From a plasmid: a stretch of 64,000 nt of DNA. A program made the translations under genes and the position numbers. The first letter of the stretch is position 1, and each line of letters starts with the position of its first letter. The stretch lies in sequence record NZ_CP024426.1; one strand, written 5' to 3'. Shown in pieces: positions 9,535 through 18,971 of this stretch. The notes beneath the pieces are model-generated. The model was not told the DNA's origin and did not search any database. It saw nothing but the letters and a program-made list of their open reading frames with translations.

Positions 9535-10397
9535 TCGGGCGGCTGGTGTCGGAAAACCGCAGGCTCAGCGTCCAGGTCCGCGGCCTGCTGCGGTCCCACA
9601 AATGGTGGCTGCTGCGCCGGTCAAGCCAGGTTCTGGTGCTGGGACTGTTCATGCTGGGCCCTTGGCTTGGGATCTGGATCGCGCGGGGCAATTTCGGCGC
9701 CAGCCGGATTGGCGACATGCTGACCCTGGCAGATCCCTATGTCCTGTTGCAGGGCATCGCGAGCGGCACCTCGCCCGCCATGCCAGTCGCAATCGGGGCG
9801 GCGACGGTCGCGCTGGCCTATCTGGTGCTGGGCGGGCGGGCCTATTGCGGCTGGGTCTGCCCGGTGAATGTCGTCACCGACACCGCCTTCTGGCTGCGCG
9901 AAAAGACCGGGCTGACCCGCGACCGCAAGCTCGACCGCCGCGCGCGGCTAGCGATCCTGGCCGGGACGCTTCTGGCCTCGGCCGTGACGGGCACCGTGGC
10001 GTGGGAATTCGTGAACCCCGTCAGCCTGCTGCAGCGCGCCCTGATCGGCGGCATCGGGCTGGGCTGGGCCATCATTGCGGCGGTGTTCCTGCTGGACCTG
10101 TTCGTGTCGCGCCGTGCCTGGTGCAGCCACCTGTGCCCGGTCGGCGCCTTCTACGGATTGATCGGGCGGGGGTCGGTGGTCCGCGTCTCGGCCGCGCGGC
10201 GCGACGTCTGCACCGATTGCGGCGCCTGTTTCAACATCTGCCCCGAGCCGCATGTGATCGTCCCCGCGCTGAAGGGCCAGGGCAGCCCGCTGATCCTGTC
10301 GGGCGATTGCCAGAACTGCGGCGGCTGCATCGACGCCTGCCCGGTCAGCGTGTTCCGCATGTCGAGCCGGGCGCACGGTCGGGCGCCCCGTCCCTGA
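9531..10397 (+). CDS. mauN: Membrane-bound 4Fe-4S protein MauN (NapH-like)
   Basis: TM helices plus C-terminal CxxCxxCxxxCP motifs. ATGA overlap with mauM. Confidence 0.85.
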   Translation: MIGRLVSENRRLSVQVRGLLRSHKWWLLRRSSQVLVLGLFMLGPWLGIWIARGNFGASRIGDMLTLADPYVLLQGIASGTSPAMPVAIGAATVALAYLVLGGRAYCGWVCPVNVVTDTAFWLREKTGLTRDRKLDRRARLAILAGTLLASAVTGTVAWEFVNPVSLLQRALIGGIGLGWAIIAAVFLLDLFVSRRAWCSHLCPVGAFYGLIGRGSVVRVSAARRDVCTDCGACFNICPEPHVIVPALKGQGSPLILSGDCQNCGGCIDACPVSVFRMSSRAHGRAPRP

Positions 10398-10453
10398 CGG
10401 AACAATCGCCCCCGCCAGCCGTTGATCCTGACCAAGCGATGAGGAGAGCGCGC

Positions 10454-10702
10454 ATGGCAAACGCAAGCCACAAGAAGTTCGGCGCCGGTCAGCAGGACCA
10501 GGGCAAGGGCGATGGCACCGGCGCCCTTGGTCCTGACGAGATCGAGGAGCTGCCCCCCGGCGAAATCCTGTCCAACCGCGACAAGTCGCGCCATTCGGAC
10601 CAGCGCGGGCTGGATTCGCGCCACGTCCAGACCCAGCAGCACCACGACCACGTCGACAACCGCGATGGCGACCGGGACGACGACACGCCGGGTCAGGCCT
10701 GA
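10454..10702 (+). CDS. Small highly charged hydrophilic protein (82 aa), function unknown
   Basis: Strong SD GAGGAG 7 nt before ATG. High GC3 codon bias. Disordered D/R/H/Q-rich sequence. Confidence 0.35.
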   Translation: MANASHKKFGAGQQDQGKGDGTGALGPDEIEELPPGEILSNRDKSRHSDQRGLDSRHVQTQQHHDHVDNRDGDRDDDTPGQA

Positions 10703-10736
10703 ACCCTGGCCCAGGAACGAACAGGAGCCAAGACCA

Positions 10737-10883
10737 TGACCGGCAAGAAGACCCACGAACAGCAGCAGAAGATCATCGAAAAGCGCGTGGATACGACGAA
10801 CGCCGACAAGGATTTCGACCCGCGCCCCGATCTCAAGGCATCCGACCGGCGCGAGGCGCGCAAGGACGAGGATCAGGAATAGG
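10737..10883 (+). CDS. Small K/E/D-rich hydrophilic protein (48 aa), function unknown
   Basis: AGGAG SD 9 nt upstream. GC3-rich codons. 3' end overlaps the idi 3' end by 11 bp. Confidence 0.3.
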
Positions 10884-11955
10884 GCTCGGTCCCGGCGGGC
10901 AACAGCCGTGCTTGGCGCAACTGCGCCAGGTCGGCGCTGCCGGTGCAGAAACAGGCGGTGCGCAGTTGCGCCAGAACGATGCCAAGGTGTTGTTCCAGCG
11001 CGGCGGGTCCTTCCAGAGCGGCCTGCAGGACCGCACCCGCCATTGAGACCAGATCGGCGCCCAGCCGGATGGCCCGGGCCGCATCCAGCCCCGTGACAAT
11101 TCCGCCCGAGCCGATGACGGTCGCCTTGGGCGCGGCCGCGCGCGTCATGCGGATCGCGGTGGCGGTGGGTATTCCCCAGCCTGCGAAGCAGGCCGCAACC
11201 TCGGCTTGGGCTTGCGACCCTGCCCGGGCGGCCTCGACTCGCGCCCAGTCCGTCCCGCCCGCCCCCGCCACGTCGAAGATGCCGATCCCCGCCTCGGCCA
11301 GCCGTGCGACAACGGCGGCGGAGAGGCCTGCGCCGACCTCTTTCACGATTACCGGCACGGGCAGGGCGCGCGCCAGGTCGCCGATCTTGTCGGTCAGGCC
11401 ACGCCAATCGCGGTCGCCCTCGGGCTGGACCGCCTCTTGCAGGGGGTTCAGGTGCAGGATCAGGGCCTGGGCGTCGATCGCCTCGATGGCGCGCAGTGCC
11501 TGGTCGCGGCCATAGCCCCGGTTCAGTTGCGCCGCGCCCAGATTGGCCAGGATCGGGATGTCGGGAGCGATGCGGCGCAGGCCCCGGTCAAGACCGCCGT
11601 CCCTGTCCCCCTCGATCATCACCCGCTGCGAGCCGACGGCCAGCGGAATGCGCAGCGCCTGGCAGGCCCCGGCCAGGGTGCGGTTGATCTGCGCCGCCCG
11701 GCTTGGTCCCCCGGTCATCGACCCGATCAGCAGCGGCGCCCCGATGGGCCGGCCCAGGAAGCGCGTGGACAAATTGATCGCCTCCCACGAAACTTCCGGC
11801 AGCGCCACGTGTTCAAACCGGACGGCCTCCAGCCCGGTCGTCGTGACCGCCGATGCTTTTCCCGCCAGCACCGCATCCAGATGCTGCTCCTTCCGAGAGG
11901 TCAACGTGCCCGCTTTCGCCCCCGAGCCCCTGCCCTGCCGTCCGATCATGGTCAT
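10873..11955 (-). CDS. idi: Isopentenyl-diphosphate delta-isomerase, type 2 (FMN-dependent)
   Basis: C-terminal 360 aa of the 715-aa ORF match IDI-2 (…VIGSGGIVTGLDAARAIRLGADLV…). Start at MTMIGRQ. Confidence 0.85.
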   Translation of the reverse strand: MTMIGRQGRGSGAKAGTLTSRKEQHLDAVLAGKASAVTTTGLEAVRFEHVALPEVSWEAINLSTRFLGRPIGAPLLIGSMTGGPSRAAQINRTLAGACQALRIPLAVGSQRVMIEGDRDGGLDRGLRRIAPDIPILANLGAAQLNRGYGRDQALRAIEAIDAQALILHLNPLQEAVQPEGDRDWRGLTDKIGDLARALPVPVIVKEVGAGLSAAVVARLAEAGIGIFDVAGAGGTDWARVEAARAGSQAQAEVAACFAGWGIPTATAIRMTRAAAPKATVIGSGGIVTGLDAARAIRLGADLVSMAGAVLQAALEGPAALEQHLGIVLAQLRTACFCTGSADLAQLRQARLLPAGTEPYS

Positions 11956-12027
11956 GCGCTGTCGCCCCGGGGCCCCAGTGCCCGCAAGGGAACGCGGCAG
12001 GATCGCCAAAGGATCATTCCCGTGGCG

Positions 12028-12975
12028 ATGATTTCCGCTGCGGACCCCGGCAGAGATCCGGCTGGAACGGAGGACGCGGGTTTCGTCGCCCTGCTCGAGG
12101 CACGGATCGCGCGGCATCTGGCCGATCTTTCCCCCGCCCCCCAGCGCCTGGTCGCCGCCGCCCGCGGGGCCATGGCGCATGGCAAGCGGCTGCGGCCCTG
12201 TCTGCTGAACCACGTCGCGGGCAAGGACGCCGACCCCGATGCTGTGCTCGACATGGCCGTGGCCTTCGAGATGGTCCATTCCGCCTCGCTGATCCTGGAC
12301 GACCTGCCGGCGATGGACAATGCGCTGCTGCGCCGGGGCCGGCCCACCACCCATGTCCTGCATGGCGAGGCGACGGCGATCCTGGCCGCCATCGGCCTGC
12401 TGAACCAGGCCATCGCCATCGCGAACGCGCTGCCCGGGGTGGATGCCGCGGACCACCAGCGGCTGGTCGCCATCCTGACCGGGGTGATGGGCTGGAACGG
12501 GCTGGTCGCGGGACAGGAACTGGACCTGAACGGCTTCTCGCCCGGCGACGCGGGGGCCTGCGACCCGCAGGAGCGCATCTGCCGCGTCAACCGGCTCAAG
12601 ACCGGCATCCTGCTGTGCGCCGCGGTCGAGGCGGGGGCGCTGCTTGGCCGGCGCCCCGGGGCGGCCTGCGCCCAGCTGTTGCGCTTTGCCGGGGCGCTGG
12701 GGCAGGCATTCCAGATCGCCGACGATCTGGGTGACGCGCATCGGCGCAGCGACCAGACCGGCAAGGACTGCGGCAAGGACGCCGGCAAGGAAACCTTCCT
12801 GGCCGTCTTCGGCACGGCAGAGGCGCTGAACCGCTGCCATGCCCTGCTGGCCGAGGCGGACGGCGCCCTGCACGCCAGCGGCATCGACGCCCGCCCGTTG
12901 CGCCGCATGGTGGGGGCGATCTTCGGGCCGATGCTGTCCCTGCCGCCCGACGACATCCTGCAGGCGGCGGAATGA
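12028..12975 (+). CDS. crtE: Geranylgeranyl diphosphate synthase CrtE
   Basis: Polyprenyl synthase motifs LILDDLPAMDN and FQIADDLGD. Divergent from idi, followed by crtZ. Confidence 0.85.
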   Translation: MISAADPGRDPAGTEDAGFVALLEARIARHLADLSPAPQRLVAAARGAMAHGKRLRPCLLNHVAGKDADPDAVLDMAVAFEMVHSASLILDDLPAMDNALLRRGRPTTHVLHGEATAILAAIGLLNQAIAIANALPGVDAADHQRLVAILTGVMGWNGLVAGQELDLNGFSPGDAGACDPQERICRVNRLKTGILLCAAVEAGALLGRRPGAACAQLLRFAGALGQAFQIADDLGDAHRRSDQTGKDCGKDAGKETFLAVFGTAEALNRCHALLAEADGALHASGIDARPLRRMVGAIFGPMLSLPPDDILQAAE

Positions 12976-13499
12976 CCTGGGTGGGGCCCCTGCTGATCGT
13001 GATCGGCACCGTCGCCGCAATGGAGGCGGTAGCCTGGGCGGTCCACAAATACATCATGCACGGCTGGGGCTGGGGCTGGCACAAGTCGCACCACGAACCC
13101 CATGACGGCGGGTTCGAGTTGAACGACCTTTACGCGCTGGTCTTTGCCGCGGGCTCGGTCGGCCTGTTCTGGTGGGGCCGGGACTGGTGGCCCGCGACCT
13201 GGCTGGGGTCCGGGATGGCGGTCTATGGGCTGCTTTACTTCATTGCCCACGACGGGCTGGTCCACAAGCGATGGCCCTTCAGCTATATCCCCCGGCGCGG
13301 CTATCTCAAGCGGCTGTATCAGGCCCACCGGCTGCATCACGCGGTCGAGGGGCGGGACGGCTGCGTCAGCTTCGGCTTTCTTTATGCCCCGCCCATCGCC
13401 CGGCTCAAGGCGCGGCTGGCGCGGGGCCGGGGATCAGCCCGGCCGCCGGAACAGGGCCGAGCGATCGAACCGGGGAACGGGCCGGCGCAGGGCCAGTAA
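12972..13499 (+). CDS. crtZ: Beta-carotene 3,3'-hydroxylase CrtZ
   Basis: His boxes HKYIMHGWGWGWHKSHHEPH ... HDGLVH ... HRLHH typical of CrtZ. ATGA overlap with crtE. Confidence 0.9.
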   Translation: MTWVGPLLIVIGTVAAMEAVAWAVHKYIMHGWGWGWHKSHHEPHDGGFELNDLYALVFAAGSVGLFWWGRDWWPATWLGSGMAVYGLLYFIAHDGLVHKRWPFSYIPRRGYLKRLYQAHRLHHAVEGRDGCVSFGFLYAPPIARLKARLARGRGSARPPEQGRAIEPGNGPAQGQ

Positions 13500-14360
13500 C
13501 GTGCCGGGCGCCGCCCCGGCGATCAGCCGCAGCTTTCCGGCGGTCGTGGTCGAGATCCGGCCGTCCCAGGCGTCCGGGCCCCGCCGCCGCAGGATCACGC
13601 CGATTTCACGATAGATGGCCTGCGCCGCCGCGATGGCAAAGGCGGGACGGCGATCCAGCGCCGCGACGCCCACGGCGGCGCTGCGGTAATAATCCTCGGC
13701 CAGGTCCAGCAGGTGCAGCGCGCAGCGGTGCAAGGCGGCGCGGTCGGCCCGGTTGTCGGGATCGACGCCCTCCAGCCCCTGGGTCCGCAGCAGCGCCCGG
13801 GGCAGATAGACCCGGCCGATGCGCGCGTCGTCGATCACGTCGCGGGCGATGTTGGTCAGCTGAAAGGCGATCCCCAGGTCGCTGGCGCGGTCCAGCGTGC
13901 CCGGATCGGTGGCTCCCATGATGCGGGCCATCATCACCCCCACCACCCCCGCGACGTGATAGCAGTAGTCCAGCAGGTCCGAGATCGTTTCATAGCGCCG
14001 CCCGGCGACATCCATGCCGAACCCGTCCAGCATCTCGTCCACATGCCGGTGCGGAATGGCATGGCGCGAAACCACCCGGGCGAGCCCGGCAAAGACCTCG
14101 GGGGCAGACCCGCCGGCCAGGGCGCAGTGGGTTTCGTCCCGCAGCGCCTGCAGCCGCTCTGCCGGTGGCGTGGCATCGGTGCCGGCGCCGGCAAAGCCCG
14201 CATCCTGCCCGTCGATCACGTCGTCGGCGTGGCGGCACCAGGCGTAAAGCATCACGCAATCCTGCGACATGGCGGGCGGCAGCAGCCGCGCCGCCAGACC
14301 GAAGCTTTTCGACCCCGCCTTGATGGAGCGGCGGGCATTGGCCACGGTGCTGTCCGTCAT
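13434..14360 (-). CDS. crtB: Phytoene synthase CrtB
   Basis: Squalene/phytoene synthase family motifs (YAWCRHADDVID, FQLTNIARDV). 3' end overlaps the crtZ 3' end by 66 bp. Confidence 0.9.
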   Translation of the reverse strand: MTDSTVANARRSIKAGSKSFGLAARLLPPAMSQDCVMLYAWCRHADDVIDGQDAGFAGAGTDATPPAERLQALRDETHCALAGGSAPEVFAGLARVVSRHAIPHRHVDEMLDGFGMDVAGRRYETISDLLDYCYHVAGVVGVMMARIMGATDPGTLDRASDLGIAFQLTNIARDVIDDARIGRVYLPRALLRTQGLEGVDPDNRADRAALHRCALHLLDLAEDYYRSAAVGVAALDRRPAFAIAAAQAIYREIGVILRRRGPDAWDGRISTTTAGKLRLIAGAAPGTLLALRRPVPRFDRSALFRRPG

Positions 14361-15838
14361 GGCCCCTCCGGCGTCAGGATCAGCGAGGCCGTCGCCTCGG
14401 CCGAGCCGATGACGCCCGGCAGGCCTGCGCCGGGATGGGTGCCGGCGCCGACCAGGAACAGGTTGTCCAGCCGGTCGTCGCGGTTGTGGGGACGGAACCA
14501 GGCGCTTTGGGTCAGGATGGGCTCGATGGAAAAGGCCGAGCCGAGATGCGCGTTCAGCTGCGTCTTGAAGTCCAGCGGCGTGAAATGGCGCAGCGTCACC
14601 AGATCGCGCCGCAGGTTCGGGATATGGCGCGCCTCGAGATAGTCGAGGATGCGGTCGCGATAGGCGGGTGCGGCGCTTTCCCAGTCCGGGTCGGCCGTGC
14701 CCAGATGCGGCACCGGCGCCAGGACGTAATAGGCGCTGTGACCCGGCGGGGCCAGGCTGTCGTCCGTGACCGAAGGCGCGTGCAGGTAAAGCGAGAAATC
14801 CTGCGCCAGGCCGTTGCCGTGAAAGATCTGGTCGACCAGCCCGCGATAGCGCGGGCCGAACAGCACCATGTGGTGGCGCAGGTGCGGGCGCAGGCCGCGC
14901 AGGCCGAAATAGACGACGAACAGCGACATCGAATGGCGCCGCGCCGCCAGCCGGTCGCCCCGGGCGGCATCGCCCAGCAGGGCGCGATAGGTATGGACCA
15001 CATCGGCATTGCTGGCGATCACGTCGAAGGCGTGGCGCCCGCCGCCCGCATGGATCGCGGTGGCGCGGCGGCCCTCGGTCTCGATCCGCTCGACGGGGCT
15101 GTTCAGGCGCAGCGTGCCGCCCAGCCGCTGGAAATGGCGCACCATGCCCGCGACCAGCGCGCCGGTGCCACCCTTGGCGAACCAGACTCCGCCCTTGCGT
15201 TCCAGCGCATGGATCAGCGCATAGATGGCCGAGGTCGAGAACGGGTTCCCGCCCACCAGCAGCGTGTGAAAGCTGAAAGCCTGGCGCAGCCGTTCGTCAC
15301 GGATGTGGCGCGCGACCATGGCATGGACCGAGCGCCACGCCTGCAGCCGCGCCAGTTGCGGCGCCGCGCGGATCATGTCGCTGAAATGCAGGAACGGCAC
15401 CGCGCCCAGCTTTTCGTAGCCTTCGCGATAGACCGCGCGGGAATAGGCCAGGAACCGGCGATAGCCCGCCACGTCGCCCGGGCTGATCGCGGCGATCTGG
15501 CGCTCGATGGCGTCCTGGTCGTCGGCATAGTCAAAGACGGTGCCGTCCTCCCAGCACAGGCGATAGAAGGGATCGACCGGCAGCAGCGTCACGTCGCGGT
15601 CGATGTCGTGGCCGGTCAGGCGCCACAGCCTGCGCAGGCAGTCGGGGTCGGTGATGACCGTGGGGCCCGCGTCGAAGGTAAAGCCCGCGTCATGATAGAC
15701 ATAGGCCCGCCCGCCGGGCTTGTCGCGCGCTTCGAACAGCGTGGTGGCGACGCCCGCCGCCTGCAGCCGGATCGCCAGCGCAAGCCCGCCGAAGCCCGCC
15801 CCGATGACGCCCGCGCTGCGGGTCCCGCCCGCGGTCAC
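14357..15838 (-). CDS. crtI: Phytoene desaturase CrtI
   Basis: N-terminal GIGAGFGGLALAIRL dinucleotide-binding motif with full-length CrtI similarity. GTG start overlapping the crtY stop (GTGA). Confidence 0.9.
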   Translation of the reverse strand: MTAGGTRSAGVIGAGFGGLALAIRLQAAGVATTLFEARDKPGGRAYVYHDAGFTFDAGPTVITDPDCLRRLWRLTGHDIDRDVTLLPVDPFYRLCWEDGTVFDYADDQDAIERQIAAISPGDVAGYRRFLAYSRAVYREGYEKLGAVPFLHFSDMIRAAPQLARLQAWRSVHAMVARHIRDERLRQAFSFHTLLVGGNPFSTSAIYALIHALERKGGVWFAKGGTGALVAGMVRHFQRLGGTLRLNSPVERIETEGRRATAIHAGGGRHAFDVIASNADVVHTYRALLGDAARGDRLAARRHSMSLFVVYFGLRGLRPHLRHHMVLFGPRYRGLVDQIFHGNGLAQDFSLYLHAPSVTDDSLAPPGHSAYYVLAPVPHLGTADPDWESAAPAYRDRILDYLEARHIPNLRRDLVTLRHFTPLDFKTQLNAHLGSAFSIEPILTQSAWFRPHNRDDRLDNLFLVGAGTHPGAGLPGVIGSAEATASLILTPEGP

Positions 15839-16980
15839 AGCGACGCCCCCAGCCGCTCGGGCAGGCACGGCAGCGCGCGGCGGATCGGCACCGGAGGCTT
15901 GCCCATCAGGATGCGGGCCTTGTCGGGCAGCGTGCTGCGCCCGGCATAGAACCGCTCGATCAACCCCTCGGGCAGGCGGTAGAACCGCGCCATGACCGCG
16001 CGGCGCCCCTCGGGCTCGGCCGCCAGAAACAGCATCCGGGCCAGCATCCGGTAGAACCCCTGCGCCCGGGCCAGGTCCAGCGAGTCGCGGCGCAGCGCTT
16101 GGGCCAGGGCGCGCGGGCCTTGCCGCCAGCGGTCGTGGACGATTTCGGCGCTGCGCACGGCGCAAGGCAGGCTATAGCCAGTCAGCGGGTGAAAGCGCCC
16201 CGCCCGCAGCCCGATCACGGGCAGATCCGGGTCACGGTCCCGCCAGAAGGCGGGGGCGTCGAACCGCAATGCAATGGGCAGAACGCCGGTTTCCTCGCGC
16301 AGCACCTGCGCGACGGTCCAGCCCTGCACCGCCACATAGGCCGCGATGCCCTGGCGCAGGGTCTCGGCGGGCAGGGCGGCGGCGTCGGCGTAATGCGTCG
16401 CCTCGACCAGCAGGCGGTCGGGGGCAAAGGGCAGCAGATAGAAAAAGCGATAGCCGTCCTGCTGCGGCACGGTCGCGTCCATGATGACGGGCCGCGCCAG
16501 GCCGTGCGGGGCGGCCAGCCGCAACTCCTGGCCCAGGAACTTCTGGAACCGGATCTCCAGCGCGGGATGGGGCGCAAAGCCGCGCGCGTCGAGGGCGACC
16601 CGCGCCGCGATCCGCCGCCCGCAGGCCAGGGTGACGCCCTCGGGGTCGATCCGGGCGACTTCGCCCCGGACATGGGGCACGTCCGCCACCGCCTGCCCAA
16701 GGCTGTGGCTGTCAAGGCTGGCATAGCCCGCGCGCAGGCGGCGCCCGTAGCCGGGAAAGCGCACCTCCTGCCCCGGCCAGCGGCAGCGCAGGGCCGGAGC
16801 CAGCCAGGCCTGCGCATCGGCCGGGATGTCGCCCGCGTGAAAGGACCAGGTGTGCGCCGCGCGGGGGTCGGGCTTGCGGTCCACCAGCACCACCCGCGCC
16901 GTGCGCCCCAGCCGCAGCGCCGTCAGGGCGGCGGACAGGCCTGCCCCGGCGATGACGATATCGGCCTGATGATCCGGCAT
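15835..16980 (-). CDS. crtY: Lycopene beta-cyclase CrtY
   Basis: ADIVIAGAGLSAAL FAD motif and conserved IMDATVPQQDGYRFFYLLPF, FHPLTGYSLP, LIERFYAG blocks. Confidence 0.9.
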   Translation of the reverse strand: MPDHQADIVIAGAGLSAALTALRLGRTARVVLVDRKPDPRAAHTWSFHAGDIPADAQAWLAPALRCRWPGQEVRFPGYGRRLRAGYASLDSHSLGQAVADVPHVRGEVARIDPEGVTLACGRRIAARVALDARGFAPHPALEIRFQKFLGQELRLAAPHGLARPVIMDATVPQQDGYRFFYLLPFAPDRLLVEATHYADAAALPAETLRQGIAAYVAVQGWTVAQVLREETGVLPIALRFDAPAFWRDRDPDLPVIGLRAGRFHPLTGYSLPCAVRSAEIVHDRWRQGPRALAQALRRDSLDLARAQGFYRMLARMLFLAAEPEGRRAVMARFYRLPEGLIERFYAGRSTLPDKARILMGKPPVPIRRALPCLPERLGASL

Positions 16981-17099
16981 GTCCCTCCGCGCCCTCGGGC
17001 CCTTGTCGCGCCTGCGCGCGTCCTTGCCATGCCCAACGATGGCCGGCCTTTCCTGTTCCCGGCCCTGCGCCAATTCCTTTGCTGCCGGCCGGCAAAGGG

Positions 17100-18302
17100 T
17101 CAGCGGGATCCCGCAACCAGCGCCTCGACCAGGGGCACCGCGCCGGCGGCGCCGGGCGCCGTGGCTGCACGGGCGGCAAAGGGGCGCAGCCGCGCCCGCG
17201 GGCCGGGGTCGGCCAGCAGGGCCGCGACCGCCTGCGCGACAGGGCGGCGGCCGCGCTGCAACGGGCCCAGCACCGACCCGAGCCCGTGGTGGCGGATGCG
17301 CGCCGCGACCCCGGGCTGGTCGTAGGCCAGCGGCAGCGCCAGCATCGGGACGCCGGCGCCCAGGCATTCCAGCACCGTGTTCAGCCCGGCATGGGTCACG
17401 CACAGGTCGGCGCGTGCCAGGACGGCCCGCTGCGGCACGAAATCGCGCACCCAGTCGGCCGGGATCGCCGCCGCCTGTGCGCCGTCCAGGCAGCCGCCAT
17501 GCGACACCAGCACCTGCGCCCCGCACTCCCGGCAGGCTGCGGCGATCCGCGCCAGCACCCCCGCGCGCCGCCCCATGATCGTCCCCAGCGAGACATAGAC
17601 CAGAGGCCGGCCCGGGTCGGGGCGGATGTCGGGCGGAAAACCCTGCGCCGGGTCCGGCGGGGCGAAGGGGCCAAGCTCGGCGATGCGCCAGCCCACCGCG
17701 GGGCGGGGATAGTCAAAGCCCGGGATCATCTGCGCCAGCGTCAGGTGGGGCGACAGGCAGTCGGCCAAGCTGCGCAGGTCGCCCAGGCCCCATTCCCGGC
17801 TGATCCGGGCAACGACGCGATCCTGCGGGGCCATCAGCAGGCCCGCCACCGCCCCGGCCGCGCGCTGGCGTTTCAGCCCGCGCGCCGAAGGATCGTACGG
17901 CCAGGACAGGAAGGGCAGCGGCACGCCGGGCTCGGGGTCCATCGGCACCGCGCAGGCGACCGAGGCCAGCGGCACCCCCAGCGCCCGTGCGATCAGGCCC
18001 GAGGCGGGCTCCATCTGGTCGCCCAGCACCACGTCGACGCCCAGGGATCGCGCCATCGGCAGGCCGTCGCGGCACAGCCGTTCGGTCTGGCGCGCGCCGT
18101 GCCGGGCCAGCGCCAGCACGTTCCCCGGCGGCGGCGCCACCGAAGGGCCGGGCAGGGTCAACGCATCCAACCCCGGCATGGGCGGGCCTCCGGGCAGGAC
18201 CAGAAAACTGGCCCGGTGCCCCCGGTCCGTCCAGGCACGGGCCAGCGCCTGAAAGCCGCGCAGATGGCTGTAAAGCGGCAGGGTGACGAACAGCGCGTGC
18301 AT
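17100..18302 (-). CDS. crtX: Zeaxanthin glucosyltransferase CrtX (GT1 UDP-glycosyltransferase)
   Basis: DQMEPASGLIARALGVPLASVACAVP and HAGLNTVLE...PMLALPLAYDQPGVAARI blocks match CrtX/MGT-family GTs. Operon position upstream of crtY. Confidence 0.85.
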   Translation of the reverse strand: MHALFVTLPLYSHLRGFQALARAWTDRGHRASFLVLPGGPPMPGLDALTLPGPSVAPPPGNVLALARHGARQTERLCRDGLPMARSLGVDVVLGDQMEPASGLIARALGVPLASVACAVPMDPEPGVPLPFLSWPYDPSARGLKRQRAAGAVAGLLMAPQDRVVARISREWGLGDLRSLADCLSPHLTLAQMIPGFDYPRPAVGWRIAELGPFAPPDPAQGFPPDIRPDPGRPLVYVSLGTIMGRRAGVLARIAAACRECGAQVLVSHGGCLDGAQAAAIPADWVRDFVPQRAVLARADLCVTHAGLNTVLECLGAGVPMLALPLAYDQPGVAARIRHHGLGSVLGPLQRGRRPVAQAVAALLADPGPRARLRPFAARAATAPGAAGAVPLVEALVAGSR

Positions 18303-18434
18303 CCGCCCCAACCCGCGCTGCGGCACAAGGGTTGCAGCCCGGCCGATGCGGCGCGGCGCCTGTCTAAATCGGCAGGTCCGGAACCGGCGCCGCGCGCTCG
18401 GGGTTCTCTCGCCAGTTTGGAATGGAGACAAGCC

Positions 18435-18911
18435 ATGCAGAACGCCTTCCTGTTTTCGGCCACGGCCGTCCTTCTGTCGGTGGGCGCGGCGACCGCGCAG
18501 ACCACCACGGTCGTGACCCCGGGCCAGCCGGTCGTCGTCACCCAGCCCCAGGTCACCCATGTCGAAACGACCGATCCCGCCACGACGGGCGGCGGCGCCA
18601 TGGGCGGTGCGACCACGGGCGCCGTGGCTGGCGCCGTTGTCGGCGGCCCGGTTGGTGCGGCGGTGGGCGGCATCGCGGGCGCCATCGTCGGCGACGCGAC
18701 CGAGGATGCCGTGACCCCCGAAACCCGCACCTATGTCCTGGAAAACAAGGTGCAATCCGTTACGCTGAGCGATGTCGCGGTGGGCAGTGCCCTGCCCGAG
18801 ACGGTGCCGGTCCAGCCGATCCCGAATTCGCAGTACCAGTACGTCTATGTCGACGACCAGCCGGTGATCGTCGAGCCGCAGACCCGCAAGGTGCTGTACA
18901 TCGTGAAATAG
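18435..18911 (+). CDS. Secreted Gly-rich protein (DUF1236-like)
   Basis: Signal peptide (AVLLSVGAATAQ), glycine-zipper GAVAGAVVGGPVGAAVGGIAGAIVG, conserved C-terminal module. Confidence 0.5.
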   Translation: MQNAFLFSATAVLLSVGAATAQTTTVVTPGQPVVVTQPQVTHVETTDPATTGGGAMGGATTGAVAGAVVGGPVGAAVGGIAGAIVGDATEDAVTPETRTYVLENKVQSVTLSDVAVGSALPETVPVQPIPNSQYQYVYVDDQPVIVEPQTRKVLYIVK

Positions 18912-18935
18912 GCCGACGCAGGTTTCCTGCGACAC

Positions 18936-18971
18936 GGGGCAGGTCGGGCGCAATGCCGGCCTGCCCTTTTT
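18936..18971 (+). terminator. Rho-independent terminator after the DUF1236-like gene
   Basis: GGGCAGG...CCTGCCC stem followed by TTTTT. Confidence 0.5.

Noticed and set aside
10873-13020. 715-aa minus ORF read as one gene
   Set aside because: Only the C-terminal 360 aa match IDI-2. The upstream part is antisense to crtE, which has clear DDxxD motifs on the plus strand.
14357-17526. Possible crtW (ketolase) or additional crt genes in the extended N-termini of the crtI and crtY ORFs
   Set aside because: The extensions are out-of-family low-complexity sequence created by upstream in-frame read-through. Real starts coincide with GTGA/ATG overlaps. No ketolase His-box protein is present in the window.
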